Shown piece by piece: positions 1 through 13,220 of a DNA stretch of 64,000 nt (positions within the stretch are counted from its first letter, which is position 1; every line of letters starts with the position of its first letter). The position numbers were made by a program, and so were the translations under genes. The DNA is from Marsupella aquatica (taxonomy: Eukaryota > Plantae > Marchantiophyta): contig OZ316895.1 in the NCBI GenBank assembly GCA_973895155.1, forward strand, positions 12,833,363-12,897,362, given 5' to 3'. Under the pieces are notes generated by a model. That model worked only from the letters and a program-made list of their open reading frames with translations, did not search any database and was not told the origin of the DNA.

Positions 1-477
1 GTTTGGGCAGGTACATATATTTCAGCTAGACCAAAATCTGCTATGAAAGCTTTTAGACTTACTCCATCTTGTCCAGTGTGCCAACGAATCTTTCACTCGT
101 TACTATAGTTTTGTAAACTGGGAGGGGGAGAAGACTGTACAGTTGGCATGGAATCAAGCATAAGAGTAGTAAGGGGGGGCTCCATGGCAGACTTAGATGA
201 GATCTTCAATGGGTTTTGATCCACAAATACGACCAGATGTTCCCATTTAAAGTCGTCCCTTATTCGTATACGAAACAACTTTGATGGTTCGCAATGGCGA
301 CTACCTCCACAATTATCGCCGTCTTGTATTCCCCAATGACTCGATCATTCTTGCTTCTTGCATCAAAGATGCGATCAGCCCGCGCCGAGAGATGACATCA
401 GGGAAAAGTTTAGATTCTTGGCATCTACAAGTAATCAACGCCTGGGCCTCTTGGATAGGCATATGAGAAATCCTGAC

Positions 478-3400
478 CTGGAAATCTAGAAGATGGCGAG
501 GAAGTTCATTCAGAAACCGAGAGGGTTGAAGGACCTGCACCCAAGTAAAGTGATCAGACAATTTGGCATGATCAAATTCAACGTATCGCAGGGGCATTGA
601 AGAATATGCACAGGCATTGAGCAATTTGAAACTGGATTATGCATCTTTCCGCTCCTTTATGCACTGACCTGTTTCTGGGAGTCAACGACCACATATGTTA
701 AATAGAGTTTCTTTCGGGCTCTCGTCATCGCAACATAGAATAGTCTTCTTTCCTCCTGCATAAAAAGTACTGAAGCCCTTGAGATCTTTTACATTTAGCG
801 TGCCAATTACTCAACCGAGCAAGATAAGGATAACCCTACTTTTTCTCTTTCATTCAAGCCAAGATTATTGAGTAGAGAACGTTCCCACGTACCTCCAGTG
901 ACACGGAAGCCTCGCTCACAAACCCCTGTCCTTCGTGCAGTAAAGGTGTTTCGGTATCATTCACCTTTTGGAAAGGAAAAGATGTTAAAGCAAGGAAAGC
1001 GACTGGCACAAAATACGATATGTAATTGGGAAATCTGTCCTCAAATGTGAATCCAAAAGAATGGGTTAAGTAAGAGTGGGCTTTGACAGGCTGAATTTCT
1101 GCTCATATGAAAATCTGTGAATGGCTATTAGTAAAGAATCCCTGGAGCAAATACAAGTGAAAACATACAAGAGGTTTCATCGTGGTGGGTTTATATTACA
1201 TTTCTCTGCATTAGCAGATCAGATTAAATAGAGTGAACTAATGTGCAAGTTATGAACGCCTTGACGATTTGCAAGGAAAGCTCACACATACCTTCACAAT
1301 GAAGACTGTATCCCATTCCAAGCCTTTAGACTGCATCCAACAACATCCAGAAACATTAGAAGGACGATGCACATTTGTTTCTACATTTGGTATACTTTGA
1401 GGTACTTATCCCTTTTCGTGCCTGTTTCCGTCATAGCCTCTCTCAGGTGGGAAATTTCAAATTTTCCTTGTGACAAAGTAACACGGCCGGAAGTTCACCC
1501 TCTACGACAGCAAACATACTTTTTGTCCAGGACCAACATAATCCTTACAGTAGCAGACAGGATACAGCGTCAAACCTGATGCATTGTGGTAAGTGTCACT
1601 GAGTTCTTGTCTTCTTGTCGGCGACCTCGGAAGTTCTCTTCCTCTCTTGCTGCAAGATGGTCCAGGAAAGCTTTCAACGCAAACATAGACCCGCCCAAAC
1701 TTCTGCTTTCTGTTCCAGATTCACTGTTCCCTCTGATAGCAGGGTTGAAATGGTTGGAAAGGAAATCATTGACATCATCGAGCAGAAACTCCATTATCTG
1801 CCACGAAAATCACATCGAAGAAATATATGAGTTGGCTTTACTACGGTACTAGGAGAGTGTCTTGTGGTGACATTGCTCACGAGACCACCCACTAAAACGC
1901 CTCTGGGCAAAGTGTTGGGCTTCGATTAGATAATTAAGTAATCAGAACCCAGCTGGCAATGGTGGGTTGAACTCACTGTACGTGGATCTTCATCTTCGTT
2001 CAGCAGTTTGCCTCCATCCTCCGTCACCACAGCTCTTTTATCAAATATAGGCCTCTGCTTGCAAAACTTGGCAGTACTATGGTTAGCTTGGCCGAATTGA
2101 CTAAGAGTACACATCCCAATGATTTCGTCTATTTCCCAAGCTAGTGATGGCTCTACCATGACTTTAAATCCATCTGTCATTAGCAGGGGACAATAACGGG
2201 TCACATGGGAAATCAAGGACTTCTCGAACATCGTGCTTCAATTTCGTGGATAGCAGTTTAGAACTTGCACCTAAAAACGAGAAGCAACTTGCATATCTCT
2301 GGACTACTAAAGATCGAGCCTTGTTCTCAGAAGAAGTCTTTATTTTTCTTCTCCATACCTTTCTTGCCCCGTGTTATCAAAGATTTTGTGTTTGCTTACT
2401 TTTACTTCAAATCTAACGGACGAGGGGCAATTTTTTCACCCAGCCCTGCCCAAACTAAAAATTTGAAATGCACACAACGAAACTCCAAAGCGCACTTGCT
2501 TGACTATCCCGGCCGGGTAAAACATAACAAGGTGAGCATGGAGGTTTATATCCCGAGTGCCAGAGTTACCTACCACAGTTTTTCCGTACGATCCATGGAC
2601 GACTGCATTATGCATGCATTTTCTACACGCTTACGTGATCTTCATTACTGTGGCTCCAGGGCAATGCTAGAATCCGATCTCAGTCTATGGCTGTCATGAA
2701 AAGCAACGATAGAGACTCCATAAAACAAGATTGGCAATGTACCGAGCGACATTATCAGGCAGATTGTTGAATGTATGGTTCCAAATGTAGCCGAGAAGTG
2801 CACCTGGGCCAACAAAGTTGCTGCCGTAGTGACAACTGCTGATAAAGATTGCTCCTAAGATTACACATCGAATGTGCACCATATCAGTGACTTGAAGTAC
2901 ATGTGACACAGAGAAAATCGGCGTAACCATTCTCTTTTCCCTAAATGCGGAAGACATCTAAACAACACCGGCTTGTGATTTTAATCACAACTCACAGATG
3001 AATTAATAGAACGGGAGCAGAAAATCTATCTTGTGATTTTATCTACATTGAAAATGAATTGACACAACGGGAGTAGCGAATCGGTCCAACGTAGCCGTAA
3101 TATTTCATGAAACAAACCAGGAAGACAATGGTGTGTTCCAGTTTCTGGCAAAAGTTTATACAGAATCTTACCTTGGATACTACATGGGCCAGCGTTCGAA
3201 GAGATGATAGTACCTTCTTCCCTAGACCAAGTTGTCGCCTGGACAAAAGGAAACCGGAAACCTGGCTCTGATCAGACGTGTGGTGCACCGAAATTATGAA
3301 GTGTAGCAAGCAAGAGTCAACTACTGTGTCGGGTAAGTTGAGGGAAAGAATGGCAATTGAGGCGTAACGTAGGTCCAGGCAAGGAATGGGGAAATAACCT

Positions 3401-6400
3401 GTTGAATGTGCCCGAGACCTTCGCAGAGAATATCTCTGCTGCAGATTGGAGAAAGTCACAACCATTGCCTTTTGCTATTTTTTCTACGTACTCCAGTACC
3501 TGGTCATCAAAACCAAGGGCGTGCACTGAAATTTAATATAGACATTCAGTTACAAACTATACTTGGAATTGTTTTTTGAGTCCACGTTTCACGAAAGCTC
3601 TCAGAATTCAAAATTCATTCTCAGTAATACCTTCTTTGTCTCAGATTTGTCCCCAGAGTACAGGGCTTTAAATGCTCTCTTCGAGAATATAGGTTTTCTC
3701 CCTGGTATGCCTGTCCACAGCAATGCAGTAATATTCTTGATGACCTGCAGGGGGAGGTCGCAGTTACCGTGTGTGTTTACAAAACAGGAACTCTACGAAG
3801 CGAGTAGCTTCAAGAAGAAAAGCTTTTTGCAGACACAAAACGTACGCTAGCTGCCAACCAAGGAAGTTCCTACGAAATCAGAAACTCTACAGATCGAAGG
3901 TGTGGTGAGCCGGAGTTCTAACTCACCTTTTTCCTATAGAAGGCAACACCATGTACATTGAAAGGAATCTTGCGAGCCCGAAAGGCAGCTTGAAAACTTT
4001 TCCCTGTCACCTGTAGAGAATACACAAATGTGACATAGACCGCTGTCGAGGGCCACCGCGCAAGAATAGGTAAGTGGCAGTTTGCCACCTTTTGAATTGG
4101 TGTACCTTCATGACAATTCATCGCTATCATTCAAGTATCGCCTACCTGATAATCGAGTGACCTAACACCTTCCTCAAGTAGGAGGTTGTCCTTACCTGGC
4201 GACGATAAAGCACTGCAGTATTGCCATACAAAAAGCCATCGGAAGATGTGCTGTTCATCAAGATGTAGTCAGCAACCAGGGCACATTGAGCTGGATCATT
4301 CCTACATTCCTTGATTTCTATCTGGTGTGGGTCAAGGAGAAATATGGCATATACCAGGAACTGATCAGCCTATCTCGGGATGCAGGACATGTAGCTCTAG
4401 AATGAGATCCTCAGAAGTAATTGTGCTAGGATACTTTGTCCCCCAGTTTGTTATCTGTGAAGGGTTGCTTTGATTGGTAGCTCTTGAAATTGTTCTTAAT
4501 AAGGGCAGACGCAGCCTCGACAATACACCTCGTAGATCGATAGTTTTGATACAGTCTGACCTGCAGCAAGACGGTAGAGCATAGCGGGGCCATTATTGTC
4601 GAACCGTTCTCCCATGAGGAAACACATTTTGTGCAAAGAACCAACCCTGCGGGACCCAAGCTAGCATTTGAAATGATAAGACTAACGGCGTATAGGAATA
4701 CCTCTTTGTGACCAGGAAAATCTCTGCGGAATGATTCAAATCCTGACGAATTAGCTCCATTGAACCCAAAGATTGACTGCAAGCACCAACCCAAAGATCA
4801 CTTCACTAATACAGACATGATAATTATCATAAACCATTATAGTTCGGAAGAATGGCATATTGACAGGTACAACATCGTGACCTACCTACAACTAATTCTG
4901 ATCGTCTTGTCTCTATGAAGTTTTTGTTCTGTAATAACATATTCTTATAAAACGTTACCTGATCATCATCTCCAACAATTGTAATCCTGTTGTGAGAAGC
5001 CAGGAGCCTCAAGAAACAGTACTGCATAGTGCTGGTGTCTTGAAACTCGTCCACGAGGATACAAGTCCACGTTTTTTTGCATTCTTCGAGGACTGCCGTT
5101 CACCACAAGCAATTTGCACATAAAACAAGTACCAAATATAATGCCGTTAAGGGAGAAACTACGATGTTTTAGAGGAATTTCAATTGATTGTTCGTTTCAA
5201 GTCATGGCTTCCCGATAGATTTCAAGAAACTCAAAGTCTCATCTCAAAGAATATAAAAACTGTGTCTCCTACCTGTACTGATCCCTAAGGTGATCTGTCC
5301 CACGCCACCCAAAGTGGATACACTTACAGCCTAGTCACTAGGACTGTCATAAAGTGATTCTAGTATACTCCTGGACATATAGTGATATGACGTGCATTCT
5401 AGCAATATCAAATAGGTTTGAGACATTCTGGGGATAGACCTTCCTGACGATCTTTCAGGAGATTCGCAGCGAAGGTGATGAAGTCGTGGTAGTCCAGCGC
5501 ATCACATGCTGCCAAAGTTTTCTCATAATTTCTCAGGACAGCAGCCTGGGAGAATATTGAAGTTTGTCAGAACAAATTACAAGAACAATACAATATATCA
5601 GAATGATGAACCACTTGACGTCGAAAATTGCCAGACGAACCAACCCCAAGTGCGTTGCCAGCCTTTTCATAATCGTCAGATGTCTTCCCAGCACATTTAG
5701 CCTGCAAAGCATCAGAAAGAGACGAACACAATCAAACAAATATGTAATGCATAGTTTGCTCATATAAATCAAACATCATGATCTGAAAGAGAAGGGAATT
5801 GGGCAAACAGACAATCAGGGACCATAAGGGTTCACTCCAGATAATCGGTTTTTAGGACAAGTCCTGCATTCACAGACTACATAAGAGGTGAAAGGGGTAG
5901 TCTACCAACGTTTCGAGCTGTAAAAGTGCTAGAATCTGCCAATTTCTTTGGTTGTTCGGGGGAGCTTACCTGTGCAACAAACTGCTGCCATTTTCTCGCT
6001 TTGTCTTTCCAGATTGATGGGTTATCATTGCCTGTATGTGTCACAGCCTGCTCCTCACCCAGGCCAGCTTTTTTACTTGCTTTGAGCTCAGATGTTGCAA
6101 TCCTGGTAGCCTCTACCACAGCTTTCCTTTGCTGTCCATGTGCGAAGATCAAGAACTCAGAAGTTCGTCCCAACCTGTAAGCAAGCTCCAAACACTAATA
6201 AATATCTGCCTCTAAGACAAGGAATCCCATGACAATTCTTCTATCTGAGCTACTACGAAATCCAGTTCAGGAGTAACTTAACGAATTTTTCTTCACGCTT
6301 AGGTCACCTAAACCACGGTTACACTAACAAAAGACAGTCAAAGCTTCCTATTTTCATTCTTAGAAGCACGGGATCACTCTAAACATTACCGTGAGATGAA

Positions 6401-8702
6401 GAAAAGGCCTTGTTATTGGTCTGATCATGGATACCAAGGCAGATATGAACTATTGTGTAAGCTCTCCCTAAATTGAGGAGGGCCCTACGAGACATGGGCG
6501 AAGAGTAAAGAATACTTCATGACTTACTTATCAGCGTGTGATCGACAAAGCTGCAAACAAAATGAGTGGAAAGTGGTAATCATCAGTTCCTTGGAAAGTG
6601 TTTTTCCAACAGCTGCTGCGACTCTTTCCCTCATTTCAGTGGCGGCAGCAGTCGTAAATGTCATGGCCAAAATGTTGGTTGGTTCGACGCCCTGAACAAC
6701 AACCCCGGTCAATTTCTTCAGGTCATAGCAATGCTCCAATAATAGACCATATTCTTAATGGATGCAGATCAAGGATGCCCCTTCACTGACCTCCTCCATC
6801 AAAGTCAGCAGGCGCGCAACCATTGTTGATGTCTGTAACACAACGACCAGGATAACGTTCAAGTAATTAGAGTTTTGTCCTTGAACTTTGTACACACAGC
6901 ACATTTCAGAAACAAGGCACCAATGAAAATTGTTCAAAAACTTTCATGGATTTGGAATTCTGAAACCTTTCCACTTCCAGGTCCAGCCAGAATAAGTAGT
7001 GGCTTGGTTGTATCGCTGGTTGCTGCTTCTCTCTGAGATGCGTTCAATTTCTGCAGGTGGGGTGGTACTGCCGGTTTCAACATTACTGAATCTGTCGTAC
7101 AAGGACGTGCATCACCTCCAGCTGCAGTACTTAATTGACCACTAACACTCGAATATCCACAACCAATGGCCAAGTGTGATTCAACGTTTGAATTTGCAGT
7201 CAACGCTGACTGTGATCTGTCGAACACCTCTGAAACGGGGATTGAAGTCTGCGGACAGCTTCGAGGGTTTCCTTCCTTTCTGGGTGAAACCTCGGGAGAC
7301 AGCTCTTTTGGTGCCGTTGTTGGTAGAATTGGATGCCCTCGCCCCTCATCAGTTCCTTCCGTTTGAAGCTCATCTTGGACGGATTCGACCCCCATTTCGA
7401 AAAAGGGAAAATTTGGAGGCTGCAGCCTGCCCTCCTTATTGCAACTCTTTTGTTGACAAAGTGTGTCAATCTCCTGCAGTAGTGCCTCATCAAAGGTTTG
7501 GGAGAGACCTTCGGTGATACCATCTTGCCCAGTGCTTTCGGTGACTTGTGCATTGGCCTCTAGCGGAAGACCTAGAGTTGATTGACGATTGGCTGAAGAA
7601 GATACGCTCAAAGTTGGGAAAGAGTTACGGTCTTGACGATCGCTATGACTGTTTTCTTTCATAACAGGCATTGGAGCGGATTCGAAGAAGGCTCTACTAA
7701 TACTCATGGCACTGTGTGGCGGACTCGAAAACAATTGGACCCTCTGTGTGTTTTGCTGTACGTCTGTCAGCGCCTTCCTCTGCAACATTCCACAAGGAGA
7801 GGGACCGTTGTTTATCTTCTTCATAGCAGGGCTCCTGCATGACAAACGGGTTAATGTATTACTTCGAGGACGAGATAAGAGAAATTGACATATTTTGAGA
7901 TGGGGAGAATTCTCCCCTGTGGAAGGTCTCTCAAAATATATCTCAACGCTAATGAGCAAAACGTAGAATGGAGTATGATCAATCGCTGCAGCGAACCTTG
8001 CCATCTGTAGCATGTCGTTCGGAAATCGTTTTCAGTGGCCATTGTCATGACGTCAGAGAGGGCAGCAAACGGGTACAAACTACCGAAACAACCAAAATGC
8101 GTAGAGCAATTCAGCCATTCAGGGCGTCCGAAAACGAATTATTCTCATTCATTAATTGCCTCTTTCTCTTCGATTACTGCGTCCATCTGGAGGTCTTCGC
8201 AAAAATTCTTTGCGGGGGAACTTCGTCATTCGTACCTTCCAGGAGATGAGTGATATCAACGTTTTTCAAATTGTTTATTTGTATATTGGATTGCAATTCT
8301 TGCCTCATAACCAGCAAAACTAAACTTTCCGGCTAAAGCCATCACCTTCAAAAATTACAAATGTTTATACTCGTCGAACAAGCTTCACTAAATCAAGCGA
8401 GCGGCGATTAGTCGGGAACGATGCTCTTCATTGTCGAGAAGAATCTAGCTTCGACAAGTGAAACGGACCAAAATAGAGGATATGTTGTACCTGAAATCTG
8501 GGGAAGGGATTGTCGAACTGTCGAGAGAAAATAGTCCAGTTGCGGAACGAGGTGTGCATGTCGTCGATGAAAGAGGAAGAGGAGGACTAGGACTATTGGC
8601 ATTCATTTGAGAGCGCTTCCGATCCCGAATTATTTTTGCCTGCTTGAAATTCTGAGAGATGCGCTCTCGTTGCTCAGGCGTGAGCTGCCTCCCCATATCC
8701 AT
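478..8702 (-). CDS. SRS2: ATP-dependent DNA helicase SRS2-like (UvrD/REP, SF1), at least 22 exons; 3' end probably lies left of 478 or outside the window
   Basis: GT-AG exons read by eye: 8491-8702 ([19 protein letters not shown]), 6967-7834 (LNASQREAA...[10 protein letters not shown], Walker A), 6791-6832, 6528-6691 ([11 protein letters not shown]; TFHSFC), 5970-6174, ~5646-5702, ~5441-5540 (LDYHDF), ~4959-5092 (LVDEFQD; VGDDDQ), ~4701-4777, ~4434-4560 (QNYRST), ~4196-4321 (VLYRRQ), ~3928-4011, ~3631-3745, ~3399-3501, ~3172-3239, 2804-2854, 1977-2054, ~1576-1797 (TLTTMHQ), ~1292-1331 (SKGLEWD), ~893-964, ~669-755 ([14 protein letters not shown]), 478-534 (PSRFLNELP). The UvrD motifs occur in the expected order. 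Confidence 0.93.
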
Positions 8703-9322
8703 GACGGGCGGCCGCACCTTTCGTGAGCAGATTCACCGAAACGAAACAAAAGGCGTCCAATGCAACCGATGAAGCATGTCAATCAAGTAGGCACGAGCAG
8801 AAACCGAGCCCAGATCCCAACCGCAAACTCCACTGAGTGTATACTTCACTGCGACGGAGAGTATAGCAGCCATTTGAGAAATCATCCAAGAAAGGACGAA
8901 AGGGTAAAAAAATTCATTGTAAGCTGACTACTCGATGACCAACGTGATTGTAAAATTGTCCATTACATCCTCCAGATCCTCGGTATTGCACCTACAAAAA
9001 GACTCCGGAGCCCTTCACAGATGTCAACATTCCCCATTCCTAGTACAGTAAAGGGACTCGACTGCTCCAAGCAATCGTAGCTTTCTTCGATGACAACAAC
9101 AATTCACTTCATCATATTGAAATCGCCACAATGTCGCAGCTTTACAGCCTCCTGTCAATCGCAACGAAGTTCCGGGTGCACTTCGATCGGTAAATGCCTG
9201 GAGGACTTACGCTGTCATGGATTCGTTAATTTAGGCCGTGCGTCCTCGAAGAATCTCTGTAATTCTCCATTTACGGGTCACAGGAGTGTTGTGCTAAATT
9301 TGTATTTTGGAAATTAAAACAA

Positions 9323-9935
9323 TCCTCCGTGGGAAGACCTTCGAACAATCTTGTGAACTCAAACCGTTGATGGAACAACGCAGTAGCTCCGTGAACAATT
9401 CCTGTGAACTCAAAGCATTGATGAAACATCGCAATAGCTCCGTGAAAACCCTTCAAACAATCCCTGTGAACGCAAACCAGAGATCGATCAACGCAGTAGG
9501 TCCGTGGGAAAACCTTCGAACAATCTCTTGAACGCAAACCACCAATGGAACAACGCAATAGCTCCGTGGGAAAACTTTCGAGCAATTCCTGTCAACTCAA
9601 ACCATTGATAGAAAACCGTAGTGAGCTCCGTGACAAAACCTTGGAACAACTCCTATGAACTCAACCCATCGATCAAAAAACGTCGTAGCTCCCTGAGAAA
9701 ACCTTGGAACAATTCCTGTGATCTCTACCCATTAATCAAAACGACGTAGCTCCGTAAGAAACCATTCGAGCAATTCCTGTGAACGCAAACCACTGATCAA
9801 AAACCATAGTAGCTCCCTGAGAAAACCTTGGAACAATTCCTGTGAATTCAAACCACCGATAAAAAAATCGTGGTAGCTCCACGAGAAAACCTTCGAGCGA
9901 TTCCCCGTGAACGCAAACCATTGATCGAACAACGT
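9323..9935. repeat. Degenerate tandem array, about 10 units of 61-63 bp
   Basis: Approximate consensus TAGCTCCGTGAGAAAACCTTCGAACAATTCCTGTGAACGCAAACCATTGATCAAAAAACGTCG recurs at about 9326, 9385, 9437, 9499, 9561, 9625, 9688, 9749, 9812 and 9876. Confidence 0.9.
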
Positions 9936-10159
9936 GCAATTGTGTATGATCGATGGAGAGGAGAACTCCGTGCTCAAGATCGACAAACGGTGGTTGGATT
10001 GGACTCTACAGGAGAGACAGCACAGTGGAGACACTTTCTGAGTTAGTTTACAGGAGATCATTTTTGAAAAACGAGAGGGCGGGAGAGTGAGGCTTCAAGA
10101 GGACGCTACCACTATTTCTCTAAGTGCAAGGCCTCGGGCCGAAGGCTCGTATGTGCACT

Positions 10160-10250
10160 TATCCAATCAGCACATTGCTATTTTATATCCACTGTACTCT
10201 ACAGGAGGTCCATATCTTCTCTCTCACGGCATCTCTCTCACGGCATTTCC
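10160..10250 (+). promoter_or_regulatory. Possible Pol II core promoter (CCAAT box, TATA-like box, CT-rich patch)
   Basis: CCAAT at 10163, TATTTTATAT at about 10179, then a duplicated CTCTCTCACGGCAT. It sits upstream of the NFXL1-derived intron fragment. Inferred from motifs only. Confidence 0.3.
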
Positions 10251-10518
10251 TTACAGTGGACGTTTTTACTCCCCTGCGCCAGTCAACCCACAGCTCGAAC
10301 CCTGTCGCCGCTTTCGGAACATCACCAGAGTATCGTTTCATAAAAGAAAATTAAATTCAGGAAGGTTATACTGTAGCTTCCGCTCTTAAACACGGACGTA
10401 TCAGTGTCTCAAGCATTCAACTATACATGTATCTGTATAAATAATTCGCGATTCCGAATCGCGAATTAGAAGCAAACTGAACCGAAGTCGAGCGATGGAT
10501 CGCGAATGAGCCGTCGAG

Positions 10519-11069
10519 GAATTGTTGCGTAGCATCAACCATCTGATCTACAGAGTTCGGAAGAAGCAGCAAGGAATTGTTGCGTAGCATCAACCATCTG
10601 ATCTACAGAGCCGGACGGTTCGGAGGAAGGAGCAGGAATTTGTGTTTTGGGACGGGGAGCTCGTTTTCTTGCATTAGACTTGGGAGATTGTGTCTTCCAT
10701 CTCCATTGTGAAATGGTTTTAGGCAGAAGCAGCGTCGGCACTCATCCTGTATGTGACCAGAGCCTTCCAGTTTAGGGTGTGGATTTGGTCAGTAATTAAT
10801 CGGGTTATCTGAAAGATTGCTCTTACGTTGTGAACTCTTCTAGCCGACAGGAGGTGGTCGTTTATCTTCATTAAGGTTTCAATTTGGTTATTCTTGCGTG
10901 GAATATGCAATACGTTCTGATCAGGTTCACCCCGAATTCCTGTCCTTGTAGATCACTCGGCGAGTTATCGACAAGCCATTTCACCTAAGATTGTGGGCAG
11001 CTTGTGAACGTGAGGGTGAGAACAACTTGTGAGACTACACCGTCATTGCGCATGCAGGAGTAGTGGATC
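10519..11069 (+). repeat. Dispersed duplicate of the NFXL1 5'-UTR intron end and start of the coding exon (homologous to 25677-26162)
   Basis: 10574-11069 aligns colinearly, at high identity by eye, to 25677-26162, including the acceptor TTCCTGTCCTTGTAG (10951 vs 26044). The first ~40 bp are duplicated again at 10519. Confidence 0.93.
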
Positions 11070-13220
11070 TACACTAGAACATGTCCCCTGCATCTTGAGA
11101 GAGTGTGTCTCTTGCTCTTTACGCCCAATCCCAAGTCCATTGTCCCTAGTGCTGGGTCCATCCTCTTCCTCTTTGAGAGAGTCCCTACCCTGTTTGACCA
11201 ACCACTGAGGGCCAGGTTCCATGGGCCAGGGGTAGGGAGTACGGTCACTCCCTCTGACATTAACTAGGGCCCAAATACACCATATGCCAAGGTGTATATA
11301 GTATTTTAAAAATATGAATTTTGACTCAGGAGCCAATGAGAATGCCCTATACTGTTCTTATACAGGGACAGGGGGTACCCCTGAAGTTTAAGAGGGAGTG
11401 TGAGGGAAAACCATACTCCTTGATACAGTATTTGTACACCCCTCAATCCCTGGAAAAGCTGCAATCTTATTGACTTAAAAATTCTGACAGCATCCGTACT
11501 CTTTACTCCCAGCCCCATGGAACCTAGCCCTGAGCATCGCGCCCAGCCCCCCCCTCTTCCGGAGAGTCCAGGCACACTCATAGCACTCGAGGTACTCTAA
11601 TCACTACGACTTGTTGGATTTGCGGCACACTAATTTCAAGATTCAAGTTCTGTTAATGTTTATGTGTTTGAAATCATGAATTCTTTACGTATTGGACATT
11701 TTTATAAAGTGTGCGCTACATATCCATTTGAGTTGAACACAGTTTCTCCATTGAAGTCACATCCAATTCCTCTCATGGATTCTCCCGAGAAAAGCCAACC
11801 AATTCGCATCTCGGAGGACTTCAATATTTGGTTTGGTAACAAAGTGGCTAAAGCACATTCGTGCTATCTAGTGCAATTTGATCCATCCGATAGTGTCGGT
11901 GTTATTTTTTTGGGTACTTCATCTCCTATACACTCCCATCTCTTTGTCCGTGTTTATTCAGCACGAGTAGGAGGTCTAGAGGCTCCTCCTGATTCTCTGC
12001 TCACCGATCCTCCAAACTCATTTGATGAGTCGTTTTACCTTAACATTAGTCACCCTCTTCGCGTGCACCTAGAATATGTACTGGCAAATCAGTCTTTGAA
12101 TACCCTAAGGAGGGCAACATTGCCTATGGGACCCCCACCTGTGAGTACTTGGGATTTTGTTCAACACCCTACATTTTCACAAGGTGTTCGGCTTGACTCA
12201 AGATCAACAAGAGTGTTTGGGCCTTACATAAGTCTTACCAACAGGTGAGACCTAGGAGGAGCTTCGATTTTTTGGGGATTTCTGATTCTGGGCGAGAAGG
12301 AGATGGTGGAGGAGTAGGTGGCACGGGTGGTCGCAGGAGTGCAGGTGGGAGCGGTTTTGGATCAGGTGGTGGTGGACTGGGAGTTGACAACACGTCAATG
12401 ATGGTAACAAACTTTAGTAAAACTGATGATGCTCCTTGGGGTCGGATTGGGGGTTTTCGAGTTGGTATTGACATTCCTCTGGTGACTGAGGGAGTGAATG
12501 ATTCAGATGAGGATGACGAGGATGAGGACAAGGGAGGATTTGCTCCTGTCCTTGATGGAAAGATGGTTGTGACGGATTTTCAACCTTGGTTGGCCCTTAA
12601 TTCTGACAAGTTATGTGGTCTACTGGGGGTCTACTGTCTTGCAGTCCGCCTGTATTGTAGCAGATTGAAAAAATTACCGACATTGCTATATGGTGAACCC
12701 TACTTACATTTTTTTCCCAATTTTTTTTTCAAAATCAAACTCTTAATGTGCTCTTGCAGTAAGGCATTTCTTAAAATTATTGCCTTATTTACTATTTTGA
12801 AACCCCTTTGCAAAAACAAAAAAATCTTTACTTTTCATTTAATTGTTTACCCCTCTAAGAAAAATTAAAGGTTGTATTTTACCCATATCCATAAATCCCA
12901 AACAATGTAGGTAATTTGTTTTCCCGACTTTTCACACAAACCAGCTCCATGTAATGTAGGGTTGGCTTTGAGAAGTTTATGGACTAGCTCCATGCAATGT
13001 ACGTAATTTGTTTCCTCTACATTTAGTTCTAACCAAATTTCTAAGGGATGGCTTGCAAATTTATAGGGTTTAAATCAGCATCTCAAGAACTTTGTCAGTG
13101 AATTGAACCCTGAACTGTCCAACGGACAGTCTTCCAAGCAAAGTACCCCACCCCCCACCCTTTAACCCCACACCCCCTCTCCTTAACTCAAATAGAAAGC
13201 AATGTAATCAAAATTTTCCA

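Noticed and set aside
93-466. Terminal SRS2 exon
   Set aside because: I could not find a convincing in-frame acceptor or homologous motif, so the 3' end is left unresolved.
4196-4321. Apparent frameshift in an SRS2 exon
   Set aside because: Recounting the 5-base A-run gives an intact frame ([15 protein letters not shown]).
9323-9935. CRISPR-like periodicity
   Set aside because: The whole unit is repeated, there are no unique spacers, the context is eukaryotic, and no cas genes are present.
10261-10340. tRNA or SINE suggested by a minus-strand GGTTCGA B-box-like motif
   Set aside because: No A-box at a suitable spacing and no cloverleaf stems.
11072-11080. CACTA transposon terminus (CACTAGAA)
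   Set aside because: No matching inverted end with a 3-bp TSD was found; the one complement I noticed lies inside an ORF at about 16092.
11664-12868. Plus-strand 194-aa and 207-aa ORFs
   Set aside because: GTG starts and no domain; the Gly-rich part is the antisense of the Pro-rich tract.
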